NCBI RefSeq assembly: GCF_018977255.1
Contig: NW_024704742.1
Span: forward strand, 26,600,001-26,664,000
DNA from: Callorhinchus milii
Lineage: Eukaryota
Length of the DNA: 64,000 bases
Direction of reading: 5' to 3'
The notes under the pieces: model-generated
Databases searched by the model: none
The model's input: only the letters and a program-made list of their open reading frames with translations
What the model was told of the DNA's origin: nothing
Made by a program: the position numbers and the translations under genes
Shown: piece after piece, positions 37,621-48,995 of the stretch
How positions within the stretch are numbered: position 1 is the first letter of the stretch
How the letters are laid out: each line of letters starts with the position of its first letter

Positions 37621-38849
37621 CAATTTGCTGTTGTTGAGCAGACGAATCGTGCTGTGGATAAATAATGATGCAAGAGTAGCTGAAAGAGTAAAAATAGGAG
37701 TGGCTACATCAGCAACAACTTCAACAACAACTTGAATTTGTTGCATTTATACATCACCCTTCATGTAGGATAACATCTAGCTTAACCAGTGGAAACAGCA
37801 GACAAAGTAGGTAGAAATTCATCAGAAGGACAGCAACTAATAAATATCAACTGCTATCAATCATCAGCTCTAGGTGAGCGGATAGATAGAAAGCTGTTCA
37901 GGCAAATACGCAAAAAGGCAGGTAATCATACTGTGATATTCACAAGGGATTTCTATGTCCCAGAATGAAATAGGCAGAAGACAGATCATCGGAATGGAAG
38001 GATAACTGTACAGTTTCACAGAAGTAATTAATGTGAAGCTGAGCACAGGAGCCAATGTTACATTGCATTTAATATTTATTAAATCCATCAGAACTGGTTG
38101 GAAACCTGAAAATAGGTAAAGACTTGGTTTCAGGAATCTTTGGCAGTTGAATTCGATATAACAATGAAAGTCAACATAGAGGTGCCAGACTTCAGATTAC
38201 CAAACAGAGCTACAGTACGACTCCAAGGAAGATTAAATGGGAAATGGATTTACACAATAAAGTACAACACAAGTGTAAAGCAAGTGTATAGAATGATACA
38301 AAAACAATTTATTCATCCTCTCCTATGCCTCTCTATCCCTTTCTCCCTCATGTATGCATCAAGTAAATTAAGTGATTCAGAGTTCTGCACAAGAGTAGAT
38401 TGTACCCAGTGTGTCAAAGGACTAGGCTGGATGGGTTGAATGACTTTCTATTGCTCTTTTGTCTCTTTTTAGGAAACATTGAATACATTTTAGGTCTATT
38501 CTGAATATGCCATTGTCACACGTCAATTATAACATAAAGGTTTGCTCCATTCAAGGGAAGCTTATTGTGCAGCAACTTCTTTTACATCAAACAAAAGCAA
38601 TTTTCAAAACTCTCCTACTTGGTACAAGAGAAGTGTGGTTTTGTGCAAGAACTAAAAGGGAAAGGGAGGCAGAGAAGAGCACTGAAGTTACTCTTCCTTC
38701 CCACACACAAGCACATAAAAAAGTAATTTCCTTGAAGTGCATTGTGAAATGCTACAGCAGGCTCCTTACAATAGGTTTCACTGATGCTTCTCCGGAACCC
38801 AAGTTCAACAAAGAGTTTTTCCCTTAAGCTTGCTTCTCCTTATACACTC

Positions 38850-39143
38850 GGGGCAAAACTTTGGGCAAGTTTCCTTACTCCACACGTCTGTTTCACTAGC
38901 AGTCAGTAGGGACCTGGTTGTCAGTCAATCGGCAGATTGCTTTCAGGGGTAATAAACCTTTCAAAATAATAATAATAGTAATAATATGGTCACTCAATCC
39001 ATGACTGTTTGTGGGACACCGCTGTGCGCAATTGGCTGTCACATTTCACCCACAAAATATACAGTCACTACACTTTACAATATATTCTGTGAAGCACTTG
39101 AGACGTCTTGAAGAAATGATAAAGCGCTATATCAAATGCAAAG
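38850..39143 (+). mobile_element. SINE family A, long form, headless
   Basis: ttgggcaagtttccttactccacac...gcgctatatcaaatgcaa, directly abutting the CR1. Confidence 0.88.
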
Positions 39144-39144
39144 G

Positions 39145-40675
39145 TGCTCAAGGAAGATAAGTCACCCGGTTTCGGATGAGATCCATCTTAGGTTGCTGAG
39201 AGAAATAAGGGTGGAAATAGCAGAGGCTCTGGCCACAATCTCTCAATCCTCCTTGGACACCGATGTGGTGCCAGAGGACTGAAGGGTTGCAAATGTTACT
39301 CTCTGCACAAAAAGGGGCAGAAGGATAAACCTGGGAACTACAGGCCAATCAGCCTAACGTCACTAGCGGGGAAACCTCTAGAAACTGTAATCCAGGACAA
39401 AATAAATTTACACTTAGAAAAATGTGGTTGAATAATGGACAGCCAACATGGATTTGTTCAAAGCAAATCATGTCTAACAAACCTGATAGTTTTTTGATGA
39501 AATAACGGAGAGGGTGGATGAAGCTAGTGCAGTTGATGTAGTTTATATGGATTTTCAAAAGGCATTTGATAAAGTGCCACATAAGAGACTTGTAAGCAAA
39601 ACAAAAGCCCATGGTATTAAAGGGATAGTGGCAGCATAGATACAGAACTGGCTGGGAGACAGAAAGCAGAGAGTGGTGGTGAATGGGTTGTTTTTCTGAC
39701 TGGAAGGAAGTATGCAGTGGTGTGCCCCAGGGGATTGTCAGTATTGGGACCACTGCTGTTTTTGATCCATAGAAATGACCTGGACTTGGGTATAGGGAGT
39801 ACAATTTCCAAGTTTGCAGATGTTACTAAGTTAGGAAAAGTGGTAATCAGTGAGGAGGATAGTAGCAGACTCCAAACGCACATAGACAGACTGGTAAAAT
39901 GGGCAGACACGTGGCAGATAAAGTTTAATGCGGAGAAATGTGAAGTGATGCATTTTGGAAGGAAGAATGAGGAGAAGCAATATAAGCTGATGGTACAATC
40001 TTTAAGGGGGTGAAGGAACAGAGAAACCTGGGGGTTCATATAAATAAGTCTTTAAAGGTGGCAGGACAGATAGATAAAGCTATTAAAAAGTCATACGGGA
40101 TATTAGGCTTTATAAACAGGGGCATAGAATACAAAAGTAGGAAGTTATGATGAACCTTTATAAATCACTGGTTAGGCCTCAGTTAGAGCACTGTGTTCAG
40201 TTCTGGGCACCACACTTTAGGAAGGATGTCAAGGCATTGGAGAGGGTGCAAAGGAGATTTCCAGGATTGAGGGATTTCAGTTATCAGGAGAAGCTCGGAT
40301 TATTCTCCTTGGAGCAGAGAAGGTTAAGAGGAGACTTAATAGAAGTTTTCAAAATTATGAGGGGATTTGATAGGGTGAACAGGGAGAAATTATTTCCACT
40401 GGCGGGTGGGTCGGTAACCCAAGGATATCGATTTAAAATAGCTGTTAAAAAAAAACAGAAGGGAGGAGAATTTTTTTCACACAGCGTCGTGGAAGCCGAT
40501 TCGATAACAACTTTTAAGAGAGAAGTAGATAATTAATTGGAGAGGACAAGTTTGCAGGGCTATGGGGAGAGAGCGGGAGAGTGGGATTGAATTGGATAGC
40601 TCTTTTCAAAGAGCCAGAACAGACACAGTGGCCTAATCTCCTCCTTCTGTGCTGTATAATTCTATGATTCTATGA
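39145..40675 (+). mobile_element. CR1 LINE, 5'-truncated, degenerate RT and 3' UTR
   Basis: GNYRPISLTS, MDFQKAFDKVPH, VLGPLLF, KFADVTKLG, LYKSLVRPQLEHCVQFWAP, RRLRGDLIEVFKI; ends in CR1 (attctatg)n tail. Confidence 0.95.
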
Positions 40676-41137
40676 AAGGAAGGCCTCAATGAAGGGGCCA
40701 TGAAGAACTCATCTAAGCAACAAAATATCTTCGTGCCAATGGACCAACTATAGTAATCTATACAGTGACAGAATTCCTAAGCTTTTTTGTGGCCTTGAAA
40801 ACACACTGACAGACAATTCCATAGTCACTCACTTCAACAAATGTACCATTAAAGAGATTTTAAATAAATTCATGAAAGAAAACATTTACTTTTATTGGGG
40901 TCATTTAAACATTAACAGCTCGAGCAGACATGTCATCTGACCTTCAACTTACTCTCCAGAGAGGATTACTTTCCAATTCTGCCATCTGTTGAATTTAGCA
41001 CTCAATTTAATTTTTATGAACAAAATACAACCCTAGACAACATTACTGTGAACATAAAATCAAGTGTAGAATGCTCTTTTGCAAGAGTAAAATTCTATCT
41101 TGAGATTGATCCTTTGTCTGCGCATAAATAATAAGAA

Positions 41138-41517
41138 TGATAATAATAATCCTTGCATTTGATATAGCACTTCATCACGTCATTGAGGCATCTCAAAGCA
41201 CGCCACAGAATATACTGTAAAGTGAATTAACTGTATATTTTGTGGGCGAAACATGGCAGCCAATTGTGCACAATTGCGCAGTGGGCCACAAACGGTCGGT
41301 GATTAAGCAACCAATTATTATTTTATTCACTTTTAAGGGATTTTATTCCCAGAAAACAATCTGCCAATTGTTTAACAGCCAAGTTCCTACTTACTGCTAG
41401 GTAAACAGAGGTGTGTGGAGTAAGGAAACTTGCTTAGGTTTCACCCTGCCCAGGAATGGAACTTGGATCCTCTTGTTTGCGAGACGAGTGCTCTAACTAA
41501 TATGCTACAGAACTCCA
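41138..41517 (-). mobile_element. SINE family A, long form, full length
   Basis: Head, middle block and (tta)n tail all present. Confidence 0.9.
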
Positions 41518-41793
41518 ATGGATTTTAAATACTGTATATGCAGATGGGAGCTATGGAAGCATTTCCTTATCCTTCTACTCATAACATCTGCAGGTGCATT
41601 CAGCATGAACTTGATAGAAAAGTCCCTCTGATAACACGTGATGCATTTCACACATTCAGTTTCCAAGAGTAGCTTATAAACTCATTACCAAGTGCACGGC
41701 ATATGGTTTATTGAAGACATTGATGGAATCAAAAAAACACAACATTTCCAAAAACTGAATCCTGCAGGTAAACAAGACGCACGTCACACTCAC

Positions 41794-41867
41794 CCGCCAG
41801 AACTCCGTTCCCACCTCCTGCTGTTTGCGGTGGACCCAAGTTCGTCAATGTGACGCACATTCGGTTA
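41794..41867 (-). other. Candidate alternative upstream exon of the B55 gene (ATG 41860; MCVTLTNLGPPQTAGGGNGVLA + phase 1)
   Basis: Acceptor cccttctctcag, donor CGG/gtgagt, open frame, same phase as the 21509 donor, locally CpG-rich, not a recognisable repeat. No homology recognised. Confidence 0.35.
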
Positions 41868-43554
41868 CTGAGAGAAGGGTCTATTTGCCACGCCTTGTTG
41901 CAAATAGTGAATTTCTCACCCCAATATGGACAATATCTAACTTTAAAGAGAATTGAAGCAAATCCATCAAAATAAAATTGGTCATTATAATATGATAATA
42001 ATAACTATTATAATCATTCACCTCATGGGCTGTTTGTGGGACATAGTTGCGTGCAAATTGACTGCCACTTTCGTCCACAAAACACAGTGCTCTGGAACAT
42101 CCTCCTGATGTTATTCATATCCATTGATTATTATTATCTACACCTCACCAAAGTAAACTAAGACATTTTAATCTAATTTTCACCAAGGATTCAAAAGAAC
42201 TTTATGCACTTTATATATAATCCCATTCTCATCTTCAAGATGCACTGGATACCAGTTACCTAGCAACCACCTATAAATCAGCAGAAAATGCTAGAACTTC
42301 AGAGCAGATACAAAACCTTTTCTGATAGATATTTTACACTCTTTCAACTCTGCCAGGTTACATGTCAAACCTGCAGCAAATATCTTTTTATGTAGAGATT
42401 TTATAAAAAAAGTTAACACCTGAAAATATGTGAAATTAAAAAAAAGCCTTTCAAATATACATATATATTCATTGAACAAATACAAATGGACTGAATAAAC
42501 TGGACATTGTGCTTCATGAGCAATTATTTTTGTCTTGTTCTTTATATAACTATAGAAAGGAATTGAAGCAAATCTTGTTAAACTACAGAAAAAAGAAAGC
42601 TGCAATCTCCATTATGTCTGATTTCAGTAAGAACTGAATATTAACATGCATTAAATCAGATTTGCTCCCAGATTTCCCATTCTGTACTGACCAAAGTATA
42701 TTTGAACATTGGATCTGCATCGCACAGTAACATTAAGTGCATTGAATTCAACAGTGCTCTGGGACACAGTGCATAACACCTGAAATGTCTGCATTTCTTC
42801 AGATGCAATTTGGTCGAAGGGCTAAAGTCACATGCTGACACTATGACAAATTGGTGCAATTTCTAGAAAAACCTCCAGTGGCCTAAGAGAACGTGAGGTC
42901 CCAAAAGCTCAGTTCTTAATGATAACAAATGGTGAAATCCCAGCCTGGGGGGATGAGTTGACTTGCACACAGCAGGCATTGACCTCAGTCAGCATGAAGC
43001 TGTGGTCAAACACAAGTTAAGCTAAATTAAAATTTTTACTCAGTGGTTTCAATACACAACAGCATTTTGTCCTAACAATTCACCAATGGGACACAAGTCT
43101 TCAGATTATTTTGGCATTACTTTAAACTTGAGCTGTTTATTTTGCTGACGAAGGAGAATGGCACAGTTCGATCATAGCAACTGTCGTAAGTCACCCAAAC
43201 TGTGCAACAATTTAATTGCCATTAAATTTGACCTCTGGCAGGTAATAACTCCCGAATCTCTGTTTATACCATCATAGCGTACAGAATGTCTTTCCCATAA
43301 CCCTTAAGGGATCATTAAACCTAGTTTTTAATTAGACGTTGCAAATACTGTAGGGGCAGAGCAACACGACCACGTAGACTTGATCCCCAAAATGACCACA
43401 GGGCCATGCTAAAATTTTAGTACAGTCTAACCCCGTAGAAAATGCCGTATTTGGGTCCATAAAATGAGATCCTACGTTATAACAGACCCACAAAATAAAA
43501 GTGGTCACTGGTCTCACTTCCAATTCATTATCTCACGTTGACATCACTTCTGCA

Positions 43555-43720
43555 CAGGAACAGGAGTAGGCCATTCAGCCCCTCAAGCCTGCTCCACCAT
43601 TCTATTAGATCATAGCTGATCTGTACCTCAACTCCAATTATCCGCCTTTGTTTCATATTCCTTGACACCCTTACCAAACTAAACTCTATCCACCTTAGTC
43701 GTGAAAATTTTAGTGGATCC
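43555..43720 (-). mobile_element. CR1 3' UTR fragment
   Basis: Plus strand aggagtaggccattcagcccctcaagcctgctccaccattc is the reverse complement of the shark-type CR1 tail. Confidence 0.8.
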
Positions 43721-43779
43721 ACAGCCACAGAGGGTTCCAGATCTGGTACTGGTTAGGCAAGTATCTACCCATGCTGTAA

Positions 43780-43991
43780 CAAGAACAGAGAGAGCTGGGG
43801 AAACTCAGCAGGTCAGGCAGCATCGAAAGAGAAAGGAAAGTGAGTCAACAGAAAGTGAGTCAGAACGAAGGGTCGCGGACCTGAAACGTTGACTCACTTT
43901 CCTTTCTCTATAGATGCTGCCTGACCTGCTGAGTTTTCCCAGCTCTCTCTGTTTTTGTTTCAGATTCCAGCGTCTGCAGTATTTTGTGTTT
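43780..43991 (+). mobile_element. Palindromic Penelope pLTR-derived element with 14-bp flanking direct repeat
   Basis: ~72-bp inverted arms 43778-43849 / 43888-43959; flanks tacccatgctgtaa (43766-79) and tacccatactgtaa (43992-44005). Confidence 0.85.
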
Positions 43992-46074
43992 TACCCATAC
44001 TGTAAACTGGTTCACGCTTTAACGAGTTGCTTCATCATGTGGTCAGACTGTATTGTGACTTAAGGGATGGGGGTGGGTTGAAAGAAAGACGAGGAAAATT
44101 AATTCTGTGCCATGTTTGTACACTGTTTTGAATAACTCTCAAATTACTCACTTAAAGGTGAATTGAAGTCCAGAGCAAATAGTTGATAGTTCAGAATACT
44201 CCACCTGGAAATGCAAGAAAGCATTCCAAAAGAATGCTTTACCTGAAGTTGCCATTTGACACTTGTCGACCCTTGTTACAGGATTACGAGTCCAGTGTCC
44301 TGACCTCAACTACCCCTCCTGGCAATCTGTTCCAGTTATTAATTACCCTAAATAAGTAATTCGTTTTTAAAATGTTATGCTCAGAAACAAGTCTCAATAA
44401 GAGTGCAATGAATAACCTGTTGATATAAAACATAATATTGAATTATGCAAAAGTTTAATTGCTCAAATCTTGAAAATTATCAGAGACCCAACTGTTGAAT
44501 CATTAACTTGATCAACAGTATTGAGAGCACCATGATATTTTCCATGTACAATGGTCACCGACAAGCTGCAGTCCTTTCTCATCTCAACCAAAAGAGGCAA
44601 CTAAACGGCACTAATCCGTATTGCTTTCTCGGCAAGTCTAGTCCAGAAAGAAGTCTCAACCTCTGAAGAAGAAGCTTCAAGTTCAGTTCATTTGGCTTTA
44701 CAAAAAAGGCACTGTACCAAGGCTACCATCACTCAAAATCACTGACAGTCTGTCCTTGCCTAGGCAAGGCCTTAAATTCCTGGAGCTGTTATTTTAGATC
44801 TCAAAAGTCCTTTGATATCAGCATGGAATAACACGTAGCAAATTGCATCAATTTAAAATGCTGTAATCAAGGTTAATGGGGTTGGATAGGTTAGTCCTTC
44901 AACTTCAAAAATGATTGGGGGGGGGGGGGGGGAGAGAGAGAGAAGAAAGAAAATACAAAAACGTTTCTTTAACTCTCTCCTCCCTTTCTCTCCTAACCAC
45001 AGTCACTGGTTGACCTCCTCCCAGGCTTCGATCATATGAACATAGCAAGCCTGCTGAATGCGATTTATTAAGAATTGCAATTACTCATTTGTTTTTAAAA
45101 GAATATGACCAACGTGGCCTCATGGCACCCACAAAATACAGTCACTGCACTTTGCAATAAATTCTGTAAAGCGCGTTGGGATGTCCTCCTGACATGAAAA
45201 GCGCTCCACTGAACGTAAGGGTCATCTATTGGTTCTGTCATCTAGAACACAATGTACCCAGTGCAATACCTTTTAAACAGAGTAGAATCTCAGTCACTCT
45301 GCTGACTCCCTCAATGCTGACAGTTCTGCATACATTATTTGCAAAGCTCAGGGTCCATCAAGTCAGCCGGTATCCAAAATAACCTTTGATACTCACACAT
45401 CTTGTGGAAAGATGCATTCCCCACTGCCAAGTGGTTATTCAAATGTTGATACTTCGATTTATGTTGCAAATCTGAACTCAGGAACATTGAGAAATGAATT
45501 CTAAATCAAACAATAAATTTAGTAAACAAATTATGGCACACTGGAGTCATTCTTTGCAATCTTAAGGCAAAATCGATTGCTGTGCCCGTATTTTGGAATG
45601 CCAGGAAAGCCATCTGGCCTGAGCATCTTGCGACTTTTTTTAAACAAAAAAAAATTCCAAATGGCTGAACAGTTTTCTCCAAGGTATTCTAAGAAAGAGT
45701 GCTTTTTTTCCTTCTTCTTGGATCTGGGCCTAACTACACACTGTGCTTCTAAAATACCCCATATATTATTTAGTTGTATTCAGTGTTTCTGACCTACTTT
45801 ATTCATCATGCACGACGAAGCAAGTTCCATTCCAGTGCTTCATCACTCAGTATGGCTTATACCAAACTACATGGTGCAGTTGGCACCATGTGTGTAAAAC
45901 ACACACACACACACAAACAGGGTTTCCTGGAATTCAGCAGCACTAAACTGTTCTAACCAGGGATGACTATGACTGACTGGAACACATTTTATCAGTCCTA
46001 TATTGTCTCAACACTGAAACGAAGCTATAATGGAAAATGCATGTCTTCATCTCAATTTAAAAAGATTAAATACA

Positions 46075-46448
46075 TGATAATAATCCTTGATTTGATATAA
46101 CGCCTTATAATGTTGTTGAGACATCTCAAAGGGCTTCACAGAATACACTGTAAAGTGAATTGACTGCATATTTGGTGGGAGAAATGCGGTGGCTAATTGT
46201 GCAAGGCAGTGTCCCACAAATAGTCGTAGATTGAGTGACCAGTTCATTTTTTTAATATATAAAGGGATCATTACCCCCGGAAAGCTATCTGCTAATTGAC
46301 TAACAATCGGATTCCTACTTACTTCTAGGTAAACGGAGGCATGGTGGCGTAAGGAAACTTGCCAAAGGTTCCACCCTGCCCGGGAATTGAACCCTCATCC
46401 TCTCGCTTGCAAGACGAGTGCTCTAACCAATACACTACAGGACTCCAC
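46075..46448 (-). mobile_element. SINE family A, long form, full length
   Basis: Minus starts gtggagtcctgtagtgtattggttagagcactcgtcttgcaagcgagag. Confidence 0.9.
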
Positions 46449-46530
46449 AATATCAGCAAACACTTAAATAAATTATTATACATAAGTGCATTCTATTGAA
46501 TTCACACTTAAACCTAAATGGTATAGACCT

Positions 46531-47110
46531 CTTCAAGAAGATCCACTGTTTCGATGAACTTGCCATTTTTCTATGCTCATTTCTTACAGCCATAGTTTAG
46601 CAGCAGCATCAATAAGCAGTCAATTCACTCCCAACAATTCTGTGAGCAGAATGACAATGTAATTTTACAATCACATTTACACTTATACAGCGCCTTTCAA
46701 ATTGGTGGTCTGACTCACAGATGCCCTTTATTACCATGTTCTATCCTTTAAAACTGCTGGGGAGAAAGAGATTGAGAATTAAACAGTTTGGGCACACATG
46801 GGATTAGGAAGCATTTATTTATCCCGTTGAGCCTATTTCACCAAAACTAGTGAATATAAAGCAACATATCTCTTTGACAACATTTTTATTCCCCACCACA
46901 ACCCCCTCAGTTCCCACCCCCAGCTCAGGTTCCCAGCCGGCATTGTCAAATACTATGAGACGTTCTCCCATGTGAAAGGCGCTGTATAGGTATAAATTGT
47001 ATAGTTAAATTCCACTGTCAACCGTTCTGCTCACAGAATTGTCAGGAGTGATGACACTGCTAAACAATGACAACTTCATCAAAACAATGGATCTTCTTGT
47101 GCACTTGAAG
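46531..47110. repeat. Local inverted duplication (46531-46699 / 46973-47110)
   Basis: caagaagatccactgtttcgatgaa...acaattctgtgagcagaa...tatacagcgcctttca versus its reverse complement on the right. Confidence 0.85.
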
Positions 47111-47897
47111 CAACCAACAAGCTACTTAAAAAACATGCGTGTTGAAAGCCAGATCTAACAGGCAAGTGCCACTGGATATGGATGAGGAGGGTACATATTT
47201 GAGTGGGGAAGACAAACCCTCAGCATGGAGAAAAAGGGCAGGGAATTGAATTCCACATGAAACAGTTGCACACCCCACTCTCTGCTGACGTTGGAGAATA
47301 AGGGGCCATAGATTTGGACTACTGGAATGTGGCAGTTAGCTGGCAGTTAGCTGGATACAGCTCTTTTTATTTGCAATTTATTTATTGAAATTCTGGTATC
47401 ATTGCCTGGCAGTAAAAAAAAGCCACGTTTGGAAGTCCAATGCCACACACTCTGAAAAACATGAAAAGCGCTATATCAAATGCAAGGATTATTCTAACAA
47501 AATATACTTTGAGCCAGAGCAAGAACCTTTGACGATTGTCTGCAACGCTTTGGGATAGGACATCAGAATTGTAGCATGTGTGTGTGTCTCGTTTTGGCAG
47601 CTCAGGCTATTGGCACCGATCAGTAACTGGAGCACAGCATTCCCAATGGACTTCCCTCTTTACATGCTGTGAAATAATAATTAACATGGACCAAGTGCAA
47701 GGCTGATTGGAAGTGCAATGATAATTGCAATTGCGTGCAAGACAACTGGCACACTTGTGCAATGCGTTCCATGGAATATACATCGAAAATCATTTTATGG
47801 TGAAATGATTTTGCAGGTTGAGAGCGGATTACCGTTTGCAAGGAAGATATTTCTGCAGCCACAACCACCGCACCATTCACACTCAATAGAAATTAAA

Positions 47898-48882
47898 GTT
47901 GGACTTCGGTGCATGAGAGATATCAATAATTGCTGAAATTGAACAATAATAACCCCTGCATTTGGTGCAGCGCCTTTCATGTCGGGAGGATGTCTCAAAG
48001 CGCTTCGCAGGATTTATTGTGAAGTGGAGTGACTGTGTAGTTGTTGGCAAATGTGGCAGCTCATCTGTGCACAGCAATGTCCAATGGCCAATTTTATAGG
48101 GGGGTGGGGGGGAGGGTGTTTGGCCAGGGCACCAGGAGAAACTACCTTCTCTTATCAAAAACTGTCATGGATATTTAGTGTCCATCTGAACAGGCAGACA
48201 GGATCTCGGTTTAGTGCTTCATTCAAAGAATGTCACCTCCGACAATCCCCTAGCACTGCACAGTGTCAGTTATGTGAGTCCAAGTCCTTATGTAGGGTTT
48301 GAACCTTCTCACCCATGAAGGCAAGAATGCAACCACTGAGCCAGGCTGACACTGAAATTGAAGCCAAGCATTGGGCAACACCAAGGGGATACTTACACAA
48401 CCAACTCCACAGAGTACTGAATTTTAATAAGCGACCAAAAATTGAAGCGCAATAAGTGGAACTTAAAGAAAGCTATGCTAATAAATGGTTACGACCAAAA
48501 CTATAAAAAGCTTCCTCATTTTCATTCCTCTCGTTAGGCTGCAAAAACTTAAAACAACCTGCTCCAGCTAGGAAATCAGCAATGAGCTTTGTTTGGATGA
48601 GGAAAGGGTGGGTAGGGTGGAAGAGTGAAGACTGAGGAACATTGTTAACAATGATGATTCTGCTTGTATATGATTTCCATCAAGTGATTCGAACACATAA
48701 TTTTCCCTGGCTGACAACACAGCTCACTATTTTCAATTGGCTGCTGTTGGACTTCGGTACATGAGAGATATCAATAATTGCTGAAATTGAACAATAATAA
48801 CCCCTGCATTTGGTGCAGCGCCTTTCATGTCGGGAGGATGTCTCAAAGCGCTTCGCAGGATTTATTGTGAAGTGGAATGACT
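47898..48882 (+). repeat. 137-bp direct duplication (47898-48034 / 48746-48882)
   Basis: Two mismatches by eye; 848 bp offset. Confidence 0.95.
47945..48352 (-). mobile_element. SINE family B, near full length
   Basis: Tail at 47945; head ends cactgagccaggctgacac at ~48351. Confidence 0.85.
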
Positions 48883-48995
48883 TACCACAAAATACAGTCA
48901 CTCCACTTTACTGCATATCCTGTGAAGCCTTAGAGACATCTCAATGAGATGATAAGGAGCTATATCAAATGCAAGGTTTATTATTTTATTATTAT
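48735..48995 (+). mobile_element. SINE tail interrupted by a 137-bp local duplication
   Basis: caattggctgct [48746-48882] taccacaaaatacagtcac...tatatcaaatgcaagg. Confidence 0.85.

Noticed and set aside
41807..41821. AGGGN in the candidate exon resembling the B55alpha N-terminus (MAGAGGGNDIQW)
   Set aside because: Five low-complexity residues with no flanking similarity; likely chance.
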